A stretch of 32,000 nucleotides of DNA from Methanosphaera stadtmanae DSM 3091 (GTDB lineage Archaea > Methanobacteriota > Methanobacteria > Methanobacteriales > Methanobacteriaceae), in the NCBI RefSeq assembly GCF_000012545.1, contig NC_007681.1, positions 1,500,001-1,532,000 on the forward strand, in the 5' to 3' direction. The notes under the pieces were generated by a model. It was given only the letters and a program-made list of their open reading frames with translations. It was not told the origin of the DNA and made no database searches. How positions within the stretch are numbered: position 1 is the first letter of the stretch; every line of letters starts with the position of its first letter. Positions 10,128 through 19,122 of the stretch are shown here, one piece after another. A program made the translations under genes and the position numbers.

Positions 10128-10161
10128 AAGTATTATTTAATAATACTTAACATCTTTTTTT
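10128..10161. terminator. Palindromic hairpin flanked by A8 and T7 runs: bidirectional terminator between convergent genes
   Basis: aagtattatt-t-aataatactt has perfect 10-nt arms (10128-10148). T7 (10155-10161) follows it on the + strand. A8 (10104-10111) precedes it, which reads as a T-run on the - strand. Confidence 0.5.
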
Positions 10162-10221
10162 AAATATTAACTTAATTTTCAAATAATCTTTTTAAGATAA
10201 AAAAAATAATAAAAGAAGAAT

Positions 10222-11277
10222 TTAAATAATATGTGATGATATAAAATCAATAATTTTTTCACTAGACTCAAGTATATCTCTTGAATATTTTGATACTGCT
10301 CTTTTCATACTACTATAATCATTTAAAGCTTTATTTATATTATAAGTTATATTATCTACATTACTTTCAATTATTGCTCCTTCAAATATCTTTGATAGTC
10401 CATGATATCGCCCATATTTTACTCCTATAACTACAACCACTGGTATTTTACAAGCTATTGTTTCATGTAATGTTAGACCATCATCTGTTATTACAGCCAA
10501 ATCCACCAAGTCATATAAGTCATCAATATAATTTACATATCCAAGATTTATGATATTAGGATGATCTATTATTTCATTTATCCCCTCATGTAACGGTGCA
10601 CCTATTACAAATATATTTACATCATCATTTTCCCGAGCATAATTACGTGCTGCCTTTGCCATATCCTCAAAAAGAGTAGAACCTGAAGCAAAGAGTATTG
10701 ATTTTTTATTTGCATCATATTTATCAGTTAATTTATCAAGAATATTATTTTTATCACCACATACAATATCCTCTCTTATTGGTAAATATTCTCTTTTAAC
10801 ATGATACTTCGATATATTAATTGTATCTTTAGTAGTAAAAAATGGTGATTCTGGTAATAAAATAGTATTATTACATTTTAAGGATATTTTAGTATCTGTT
10901 GGTGTTGATACAATACCTACTGCTGGAACATGTGCAAGTTTAGCAGATAAACATCCAATAACAGATCCTCCACCTATAATACCTATTACCCCATCGGCTT
11001 TTTCTTTCTTAATTAAATGACATCCTACAATTACTGCTTTGATTGTTTTTAATCCTGCTTTAAATAAAGATAATTTAGATGCAGCATGTCCTCCAGCTGC
11101 AGGTATTGATGATTTTAACCAAGACATATTATGTTTTTTAAAGTAATATCCTTGAGCACTATAATCTAATACAATTTCTCCCATAATGCCCCTACTTTCT
11201 AGTGTTTTTAGTATGTTATATGCTATAACAGCATCTCCCCCAGTACCTCTTCCTGTTACAAAAAGTAATAACTTCAT
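10222..11277 (-). CDS. GT-B fold glycosyltransferase, MurG/GT28-like
   Basis: 351 aa. N-terminal G-rich loop FVTGRGTGGD, IGGGSVIGCLSAKLAHVPAV, and a C-terminal half resembling the MurG donor-binding domain (ILFASGST...AVITDDGLTLHETIACKIPVVVV). The GGGTGA SD overlaps the upstream gene's stop. Confidence 0.55.
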   Translation of the reverse strand: MKLLLFVTGRGTGGDAVIAYNILKTLESRGIMGEIVLDYSAQGYYFKKHNMSWLKSSIPAAGGHAASKLSLFKAGLKTIKAVIVGCHLIKKEKADGVIGIIGGGSVIGCLSAKLAHVPAVGIVSTPTDTKISLKCNNTILLPESPFFTTKDTINISKYHVKREYLPIREDIVCGDKNNILDKLTDKYDANKKSILFASGSTLFEDMAKAARNYARENDDVNIFVIGAPLHEGINEIIDHPNIINLGYVNYIDDLYDLVDLAVITDDGLTLHETIACKIPVVVVIGVKYGRYHGLSKIFEGAIIESNVDNITYNINKALNDYSSMKRAVSKYSRDILESSEKIIDFISSHII

Positions 11278-11281
11278 GATT

Positions 11282-12346
11282 TCACCCTTTATTTAAATTA
11301 TTATTCAATCCTGTTGCCTTTTTAATGATAGGTATTTTATTCATTACTAACAACATTACAGATAATATGACAATTAACATGATTACCATAATAGGTACAT
11401 TTATAAATGGTGGAATATTCAGTGAAAAAATTCCTATTTTAGAACATAGATTGATTAATAAAACATTTGATAAATACATTCCATAAGATAATTTACTAAA
11501 TAATATAATATGATTATTAATAATTTCACTGTATTTTCCATATATTTCTCTAAAATCAGTATTTTTAATAAGAATAAAAATACCTGCTGCTTGAATAGCA
11601 GCACCTGGTGTTAAATCCCCAAGTGTTAAGAATTTTAAGTCCAATGAATTTGATAAACTTGTTAAATATAATGTTCCCATAAATGTAATAAGAGTACCTA
11701 TTACAATTAGACAAATTGCAAATTTTCTATTGTTGAAACAATATCTTTTAGTGTTACTTAGATAATATCCAAGTATAAAATATCCCATGTGCCCCATGAA
11801 AAAACCCATAAAGTCTAAGATTAGTATATTTTTATCAATAAATTTCAATACTAAACAAACAAACCATATTCCTAAAAAATATTCTATTTCCCTATCTGTT
11901 AATGTATGAACCAATTTTGAAACTAAAGGTGTGGCAATATATAATGCAATAATCATATATACAAACCAGAATTGTACACTAACTATTGTAGGATCTAAAA
12001 TAGCATTTATAAATAATACTAAGAAATTATTTGTATTTGATTCAAACAATCCTAATGACCATTTAACAATAAAATATATTATAAACCAAACAATAAATGG
12101 TTCTAATATCCTTTTTATTCGTCTTGGAATTGTATTTATAGGATTATCTTTTTTTAATAAAAGCAATCCTGAAATCATTATAAATAATATTATTGAAAAT
12201 CTGGTAAGTGATGATATAAATATACTTTGTATCCAATAATTTCCAAAAATAGGAGTATTTGTTATATAATTAGAAGTTATATGAAGAAACAATACTCCAA
12301 CTATAGCTAAAAAACGCATATAATCCACATATAATATTCTTTTCAT
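11282..12346 (-). CDS. Membrane acyltransferase, acyltransferase_3 family
   Basis: Polytopic, with N-terminal MKRILYVDYMRFLAIVGVLFLH typical of acyltransferase_3. I prefer ATG 12346 (GGAGA SD 8 nt upstream) over the track start at 12361. The stop is 4 nt from the glycosyltransferase start. Confidence 0.75.
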   Translation of the reverse strand: MKRILYVDYMRFLAIVGVLFLHITSNYITNTPIFGNYWIQSIFISSLTRFSIILFIMISGLLLLKKDNPINTIPRRIKRILEPFIVWFIIYFIVKWSLGLFESNTNNFLVLFINAILDPTIVSVQFWFVYMIIALYIATPLVSKLVHTLTDREIEYFLGIWFVCLVLKFIDKNILILDFMGFFMGHMGYFILGYYLSNTKRYCFNNRKFAICLIVIGTLITFMGTLYLTSLSNSLDLKFLTLGDLTPGAAIQAAGIFILIKNTDFREIYGKYSEIINNHIILFSKLSYGMYLSNVLLINLCSKIGIFSLNIPPFINVPIMVIMLIVILSVMLLVMNKIPIIKKATGLNNNLNKG

Positions 12347-13127
12347 TTTATATATCTCCATAAAAGATTATTTTTTTGGATTTATATGAACAATGTATTT
12401 TTTTCTATAATCCCTTGCTTTTATAAATTAAAAGTAATTAATACTGATTTTACATAATATAAATTAAATTTAAAATATGTTAATAAAATTATTCTTAAAA
12501 GAATACACAGATTTTAGAAAACAATGCAAATACATACCTTAATAAATTATTTTAATAAAAAAATGATTTATAATTCATTTAAATATAATCCATATCCTAT
12601 ATTCTTTAAAGAAAAATCATACTATTACTTAACTTATATTTCAAATTAAAAAATTATCCCCTAAATTTAAGAAATTATACATATAAAACAGTAATTCTTT
12701 TTTTTAAATCCAAAAAAACTTTATTAACAATATATATGTCATTAAATGCTATTAAAGTTAACTCTAAAAATAATAGTATTAAAATGAAAAATAAGTTTAA
12801 AAACTAAATTTTTCTAAGTAAAACCCAAAAAAAGAAGAAATATTAACTTTTAATAAATTATTATCCTATAATTTATAAAAATAGTTCTATTTTTTATTTA
12901 TTTTTAACTAAAACAAATTAATTTATGTTTAAATATATTTAATAATAAAAATAATTAATTTTAACTAAAATAACAAAATATATTTTTGATTAATAAAGAA
13001 ATATTCCTCTCTCAAAATATTACAAAAAAAAAGTTAGAACATAAAATATTGAAAAATTATTTCAGACAAGCAATTATTTTTATAATACAACTATTATAAA
13101 TAAATATATACGAAGGAGTTATAAAAA

Positions 13128-13496
13128 ATGGATTTTAATAATGTAACAAAAGGTAAAGCAATACCTTTAGGAATTATAATAATTGTTCTTACTTATCTTT
13201 TAAGTGGAGCTAGCTCTAGTATTTTACCATTTGTATTTTTCACAGGAATACTGGTAGGACTAATGAAACATGATAATATAACAGAATCAGCCGTTGCTGC
13301 ATTACTTGTAGCTCTTATAGGTTCAGTAATTTCAACAATAATTACATCAGCAATAATTTATATATCATATGGATCAACATATTTAGCTTACACATTAACA
13401 AGTTCATTATATTTAGTAATACTCTATATAATTGCTGGTGCAATAGGTGGAGTTATTGGATATTATATTTTTAATGAATTAGATGTAAAACATTAA
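13128..13496 (+). CDS. Small multi-TM membrane protein, paralog 3 of 3
   Basis: 122 aa. Motifs KAIPLG, TGILVGLMKHDN and AGAIGGVIGYYIFNEL are seen. AAGGAG SD is present. Confidence 0.65.
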   Translation: MDFNNVTKGKAIPLGIIIIVLTYLLSGASSSILPFVFFTGILVGLMKHDNITESAVAALLVALIGSVISTIITSAIIYISYGSTYLAYTLTSSLYLVILYIIAGAIGGVIGYYIFNELDVKH

Positions 13497-13706
13497 AAAA
13501 AATGTTTTACCTACACTTTTTTTAATTAAAAATCATATTGTATCATGAAAAATCATGCTCTTTTTTAAATAAATTTAAATAAAGATTAGAATCTTATATA
13601 ATAGTATAATACTATAAACTAAAATATCAAAAAAAACATGATATTTAACTAAATTTCTAGAAAAATATTTAAATTGATAAGATTTTTTTTATAGGGCGTA
13701 TTAAAA

Positions 13707-14720
13707 ATGAAAAGTATTGGAATAAATGGATATGGAACAATAGGTAAAAGAGTAGCAGACGCTGTATCTGCTCAAGATGACATGAAAATTGTTGGAGTTA
13801 CAAAAAGAACTCCAGATTATGAAGCTAAAGCTGCTGTTGAAAAAGGATATGACCTATATATAAGTGTTCCAGAAAGAGAAAGCCAATTTGAAGAAGCAGG
13901 AATTGAAGTAGCAGGAACTGCTGATGAATTATTTGAAAAATTAGATTTAGTTGTAGATTGTACACCCGGAGGCATAGGTGCACAAAATAAAACAGATATC
14001 TATGAAAAAATTGGATTAAAAGCAATATTTGAAGGTGGAGAAGATCATGATGCTATAGGCTCCTCATTCAATGCTGAAGCAAATTATGCTGATAATATAG
14101 GTGAAGATTATGTACGTGTTGTATCATGTAACACAACAGGTTTATGTCGTACATTAAAACCTATCTATGATATTTCAGGTATAAAAAAAGTTAGAGCAGT
14201 AATGGTACGTCGTGGAGCTGATCCATCAGATGTTAAAAAAGGACCTATAAACAGTATTGTACCTACAACAGAAGTACCATCACACCATGGACCTGATGTA
14301 CAAACTATTATTGATGATATTAATGTAATGACAATGGCATTACTCGTTCCAACAACACTTATGCACACTCATAACATAATGGTTGAATTAGAAGATAAAA
14401 TCACAACTGATGATGTACTTGATGCATTTGAAAATGCACACCGTGTATTACCTGTTCAAAAAAGTCTTAAATTAGGATCTACTGCAGAAATAATGGAATA
14501 TGCTAAAGATCTTGGACGTTCCAGAGGAGACATGTATGAAATACCAGTATGGAAAGAATCAGTCAATATAGAAAATGGAGAATTATTCTATATGCAAGCA
14601 GTCCACCAAGAATCCGATGTAGTACCAGAAAATGTCGATGCTATAAGAGCAATGCTTGAATTAGAAGAAGATGGTGAAAAATCCATATTAAAAACAAATA
14701 AAGCAATGGGTATATTATAA
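13707..14720 (+). CDS. gap: Type II (archaeal) glyceraldehyde-3-phosphate dehydrogenase
   Basis: 337 aa. [15 protein letters not shown], catalytic [17 protein letters not shown]. Confidence 0.9.
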   Translation: MKSIGINGYGTIGKRVADAVSAQDDMKIVGVTKRTPDYEAKAAVEKGYDLYISVPERESQFEEAGIEVAGTADELFEKLDLVVDCTPGGIGAQNKTDIYEKIGLKAIFEGGEDHDAIGSSFNAEANYADNIGEDYVRVVSCNTTGLCRTLKPIYDISGIKKVRAVMVRRGADPSDVKKGPINSIVPTTEVPSHHGPDVQTIIDDINVMTMALLVPTTLMHTHNIMVELEDKITTDDVLDAFENAHRVLPVQKSLKLGSTAEIMEYAKDLGRSRGDMYEIPVWKESVNIENGELFYMQAVHQESDVVPENVDAIRAMLELEEDGEKSILKTNKAMGIL

Positions 14721-14730
14721 ATTATACTTA

Positions 14731-14754
14731 TTTCTCCCCACCATACTTTTTTTT
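14731..14754 (+). terminator. Pyrimidine-rich stretch plus T8 after gap
   Basis: tttctccccaccatactttttttt, with the T8 at 14747-14754. Confidence 0.5.
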
Positions 14755-14901
14755 AACTGATTCTATTAAATATTATTAAGATGCTTTTAAAAAATAATGT
14801 ACATGAAAATTTGTTTATATTTACATAAAGAAAAATATAAGTAATCTATAAAAAATTAAAAAAAAATACAATCCCATAAAAAAATAGAAGGATATGATGA
14901 A

Positions 14902-16128
14902 ATGTATACACAAAGAATCCTATTACATGGACACATAATTGATTCATTAACTCTACCTAAAACAATGGATACTATTATAGATCAAGGTGGAGACTATGAA
15001 ATAGAAGAATTACAAGTAGGAAAACTTAAAACTGATAAAAGTACTGCTAAACTTATTGTTAAATCTGATGATGAAGAGATATTCAATAGAATTCTTGACA
15101 TACTCACAGATTATGGTGCTGAACTTATTGAGGAAAATGAAGAAGTAACTCTTGTTGCATCACAAAAAGATAAAACAGTACCTGATAATTTCTATTCAAC
15201 TAGTAATTACAATACTAAAATTAGATATGATGGAGAATGGTTAAATATTGATAATATAGAGATGGACTGTGTTATCTGTGTTGATACAGAAAATAAAAAA
15301 GCAACATGTAAACCATTAAATGCTGTTAAAAAAGGTGAAATGATAGTTACTGGAAGAACCGGAGTTAAAGTTACGCCTCTTGAAAGATCACGTGGAAAAA
15401 ATACATTTGAATTTATGAACAGTGAAGCTTCAGCTGAAAAACCTACACGTAGTATTATTCATAAAGTAGCTACCCAAATGAAAGAAGTTAAAGATAATGG
15501 TGGAAAAATAGTTGTTGTAGGAGGACCTGCAGTTGTACATACAGGTTGTGCACCAATACTTGCAGATTTAATAAAAGAAGGATACGTTGATAAACTATTT
15601 GCTGGAAATGCTCTTGCAACCCATGATATTGAAAATGCATTCTATGGAACTTCTCTTGGAGTAAAAATGGAAACTGGTGAACTTGTTGCTCATGGACATA
15701 AACATCATATTTCTGCAATAAATATTATAAATAAAGCTGGAAGTATAAAAGATGCTGTAGAACAAGGTATCTTAAAAAGTGGAATTATGTATGAATGTGT
15801 TAAAAATAATGCTCCATTTGTTCTTGCTGGAAGTATTCGTGATGATGGACCATTACCTGATGTTATAACAGATTCACAAGTTGCTCAGCAAAGAATGAGA
15901 GAAGAAGTTCAGGATGTTGATATGGTAATTATGATTGCTACATTACTCCATAGTGTTGCTACTGGTAACTTAATACCTGCTAGAATAAAAAGTGTATGTG
16001 TAGATATTAGTAATGCTTCTGTAACAAAACTCTCTGATAGAGGAAGTGCACAAGTTATTAGTGTAGTAACAGATATTGGTTCCTTTTTACCAATACTTAA
16101 GGAAGAACTTAATAAATTAGAAGAATAA
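14902..16128 (+). CDS. LOR/SDH-domain protein (TIGR00300 family; ornithine cyclodeaminase-like function proposed for relatives)
   Basis: 408 aa. The N-terminus HGHIIDSLTLPKTMDTI, the central VVVGGPAVVHTG...AGNALATHD and GHKHH look like TIGR00300/LOR-SDH proteins as I recall them. GAAGGA SD lies 9 nt upstream. Confidence 0.65.
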   Translation: MYTQRILLHGHIIDSLTLPKTMDTIIDQGGDYEIEELQVGKLKTDKSTAKLIVKSDDEEIFNRILDILTDYGAELIEENEEVTLVASQKDKTVPDNFYSTSNYNTKIRYDGEWLNIDNIEMDCVICVDTENKKATCKPLNAVKKGEMIVTGRTGVKVTPLERSRGKNTFEFMNSEASAEKPTRSIIHKVATQMKEVKDNGGKIVVVGGPAVVHTGCAPILADLIKEGYVDKLFAGNALATHDIENAFYGTSLGVKMETGELVAHGHKHHISAINIINKAGSIKDAVEQGILKSGIMYECVKNNAPFVLAGSIRDDGPLPDVITDSQVAQQRMREEVQDVDMVIMIATLLHSVATGNLIPARIKSVCVDISNASVTKLSDRGSAQVISVVTDIGSFLPILKEELNKLEE

Positions 16129-16353
16129 TTCTAATTAAATCACCTCCTTTTTATTAAAAATATTATATTAAAAAACACGAAAGAACTTATTTTCCCAGTT
16201 TCATAATAATAATTTATTAAAAATAAAAAATAGCATTGAATATATTATAATTTAGAAAATTTTATATAGATTTTAATGTATACAATAGTAATAAGCCATT
16301 GAATAATAATTTTTTTTTAGAAATAATGAGGTGATATTATTAGTAAAAAAATT

Positions 16354-18858
16354 ATGAAAAGAATATTTCCAATTTTTATAATACTTACCTTATTACTATG
16401 TATTAGTACAGTATCTGCAAGTGAAAATAACACCAACACAGATACTACTCAAAAAGTAGTTGATAATACTGTTAATTCTAATACATATACCACTATTGAA
16501 GATATTAAAACACAATCTTCAGAAAGTAAGTATAGTAAAACAGCAAAAGACGCAACGAAACAAGTTAAAACAGTTGAAGATACAAAAACATTAAAAACAC
16601 AGGAAACCCATAAAATACAAAGCATATCTTCTAACAAAACATTGAAAACTGCTAATGTGAAATATTCAAAAATTTATGTAAGTACTACTGGAAAGGACAG
16701 TAATGCTGGTACACAAAATGCTCCTAAAGCTACAATTAAAAATGCATTAAAATCTGTTACAAATAAGGGAACGATTTATCTTAATAAAGGTACTTATTAT
16801 GAAAATAAGATTTATATCAATAAAACTGTAGCTATTGTTGGTAGTGATACAAAAGGTACAATTTTAAATGGAAAAGGTAGCCATGTATTTACCATAGCTA
16901 GTAATATTAAAGTAAAATTTGAAAAATTTACAATCACAAATGCTAGTGATAAACAGGGTGGAGCAATATATAATAAGGGTTACTTGAAGTTACAAACAAT
17001 GAAAATATCTAATTCAAGGGCCACTTATGGTGGAGCAATATATAATAAGAATGAACTTATTGGAATAAAAACTAGTTTCTCTTCTAATAAAGCTACACAT
17101 GGTGGAGCAATATATAATACTGATTCTGCAAGTATGGTTAATTGTACTTATAATAAAAATCAAGCAACAAATATAGGTGGAGTAATATATTCAACTGGTA
17201 AAATTACATTACAGGGAAATAATCTTACTCAAAACTATGGAAGTGCAATTTACTTAGCTAAAAATAAACAGAACAATAAAATCACAAATACCCAATTTAT
17301 ATCAAATAATGGAGTACTTGGTGGAGCAATATATAATGATGGACAAATAAATATTAAAAAATCAACATTCCAATCAAACAAAGCTACAAAAAATGGTGGA
17401 GCAATATATAATAAAAATATATACAACAGCAGAAATTCAAAATACATTCAAAACACTGCTAAAATCAATGGAGGAGCAATATATACCACGAACAATCTAT
17501 ACATTAATTCTAATACATTTACTTCAAATAATGCAACAGGTAATGGAGGAGCAATATACAATACTGCAACCTTGAATGCCAAATCCACCACACTTCAATC
17601 AAATAGGGCTCAAAAGGGCGGAGCAATCTATAGTGCTAATGGTAAAGTGAATATAAATAATTCTATACTATTAAACAATAATAATGTGGATATTTATGCA
17701 TTTAAAGGAAGTACTACAGCAAATTATAATTGGTGGGGAACCAACAGTATGCCTTCCTCACAAAGAAAAGTAAATGTAGTTACTAAGAATTGGATATACT
17801 TTAAAATATCTAGTCCTTCATCAAAATATATAAATGAAGTTTGTGAAATTACAACCACATTTAATAAAGTTTATAATGGAAAAACACTTACTGACTATAA
17901 TACAAAATTATTACCTGCACTTCCTGTGAAACTCACAGTTAATGGTGGAGGTATAAATAAAATTTACAATTATAATGTTGCAGGTACTAAGAAAATATCA
18001 CTTAAATTTACAAAAGAAGGAGTTGTTAACTTTAAGACATATACTCCAAATATCACAGTTAATGCTGCTACAACCATAAAATCTAAGATAACAGAAGGAC
18101 CTGTTACTGGTGTATTCTTAAAAATGAATACTGATATTGACACTAATACTGTTAAAAAATGGGTTAATGCTGGTGTTACTGACGTATATGTTCAAGCAAA
18201 AGCTTCAACAAACGATGTAGTTCAACTGAAAAAAGTCATATCACTTTGTAAAAATACAAATATTCGAGTACATGCTTGGGTAATTTGTTTTAAAACATCA
18301 AATGGATTCAATATAGGATCTAGTCAACAAACATTAATAAAGAATTTTGTGGCCAAAGTTGTGAAAATACCTGGCGTTGATGGTGTTTGTCTTGATTATG
18401 CAAGATATAGTGGAACAAATCCAAGTATTGTTAATCCCAATATAGTAACGAACTTTGTAAAACAAATAAATAATATTGTAAAATCACATAATAAACAACA
18501 AAAAGTGTCTATGTGTGTATTTGCTGAAAAGTCTGGATCTAAAACTTACTATGGTCAAGATTATGCTGCACTTAGTCCTTATGTTGATGTTATGATGCCA
18601 ATGGCCTATAGATATGATTATAATGCCGGACAAAATTGGTTAAAAAGTGTTACAAATTATGTTGTTAAAGAGGCAAAGTATTCTAAGGTTGTAACAATAC
18701 TTCAAACATATATAGAAAAAGGTGGCAGTTATCCTAAATTACCAGTATCTTCTCTAAAATCAGATGCTAAAGTCGCAATGAGTGGAGGATCCTATGGTTA
18801 TGCCCTCTTTAGAGAAGGTCTTATAAGTAGTTTTCCACCAGCTGCTAAGAATTTATAA
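16354..18858 (+). CDS. Secreted Asn/Thr-rich adhesin-like protein: signal peptide, PMP-repeat beta-helix region, Ig-like middle, C-terminal glycoside-hydrolase-like TIM-barrel domain
   Basis: 834 aa. N-terminal signal/anchor MKRIFPIFIILTLLLCISTVSA. About ten FxxN...GGAIYN repeats. An NYNWWGTN motif. The C-terminus has GVDGVCLDYARYSG and YVDVMMPMAYRYDY, resembling DUF4015/GHL-type putative glycosidases. Confidence 0.8.
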   Translation: MKRIFPIFIILTLLLCISTVSASENNTNTDTTQKVVDNTVNSNTYTTIEDIKTQSSESKYSKTAKDATKQVKTVEDTKTLKTQETHKIQSISSNKTLKTANVKYSKIYVSTTGKDSNAGTQNAPKATIKNALKSVTNKGTIYLNKGTYYENKIYINKTVAIVGSDTKGTILNGKGSHVFTIASNIKVKFEKFTITNASDKQGGAIYNKGYLKLQTMKISNSRATYGGAIYNKNELIGIKTSFSSNKATHGGAIYNTDSASMVNCTYNKNQATNIGGVIYSTGKITLQGNNLTQNYGSAIYLAKNKQNNKITNTQFISNNGVLGGAIYNDGQINIKKSTFQSNKATKNGGAIYNKNIYNSRNSKYIQNTAKINGGAIYTTNNLYINSNTFTSNNATGNGGAIYNTATLNAKSTTLQSNRAQKGGAIYSANGKVNINNSILLNNNNVDIYAFKGSTTANYNWWGTNSMPSSQRKVNVVTKNWIYFKISSPSSKYINEVCEITTTFNKVYNGKTLTDYNTKLLPALPVKLTVNGGGINKIYNYNVAGTKKISLKFTKEGVVNFKTYTPNITVNAATTIKSKITEGPVTGVFLKMNTDIDTNTVKKWVNAGVTDVYVQAKASTNDVVQLKKVISLCKNTNIRVHAWVICFKTSNGFNIGSSQQTLIKNFVAKVVKIPGVDGVCLDYARYSGTNPSIVNPNIVTNFVKQINNIVKSHNKQQKVSMCVFAEKSGSKTYYGQDYAALSPYVDVMMPMAYRYDYNAGQNWLKSVTNYVVKEAKYSKVVTILQTYIEKGGSYPKLPVSSLKSDAKVAMSGGSYGYALFREGLISSFPPAAKNL
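16918..17640 (+). repeat. Intragenic polymorphic-membrane-protein (PMP) type repeats
   Basis: The core ggtggagcaatatataat (GGAIYN) occurs at about 16957, 17029, 17101, 17321 and 17395. Variants ggaggagcaatata and ggcggagcaatcta occur at about 17470, 17545 and 17617. Confidence 0.8.
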
Positions 18859-18870
18859 TAATTCTTATTC

Positions 18871-18890
18871 ACCACCCTATCTTTTTTTTT
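18871..18890 (+). terminator. C-rich stretch plus T9 after the adhesin-like gene
   Basis: accaccctatcttttttttt, with the T9 at 18882-18890. Confidence 0.5.
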
Positions 18891-19082
18891 AAGAAACTAG
18901 TTATAAATTATAAATTTACTAAAAATAAATTCACTTAATGTACATGATATGATATATATCTTTAATTATTCAAAACCACACACTTTTTATTAAAATAATT
19001 TTTTTATAAAAATAGTGAAATACTCATTTCATTATAAATAATCCTGTCTAAAATCATTTATTTACATAGTTAGTTTATGTAG

Positions 19083-19100
19083 AAAAAATAATCAAAAAAT
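19083..19100 (-). terminator. Two T6 tracts (minus strand) after the metallophosphoesterase gene
   Basis: The plus strand shows aaaaaataatcaaaaaat, which reads ttttttgattatttttt on the transcribed strand, about 22 nt past the stop. Confidence 0.35.
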
Positions 19101-19122
19101 AATAGAAATAGAATCAACAAAG

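Noticed and set aside
10233-10239. C/D-box or H/ACA sRNA candidates. I scanned intergenic regions for RUGAUGA...CUGA pairs and saw gtgatga at 10233 and atgatga at 14894.
   Set aside because: The hits lie in coding sequence or in start-codon context, and they lack a correctly spaced CUGA D box and terminal stem. No G/C-rich islands suggestive of tRNA or other structured RNA were seen anywhere in the window.
12362-13127. A replication origin in the long AT-rich spacers (also 21808-22656)
   Set aside because: There are no repeated ORB-like boxes and no cdc6/orc1 gene in the window. Only short A/T-rich repeats compatible with chance are present.
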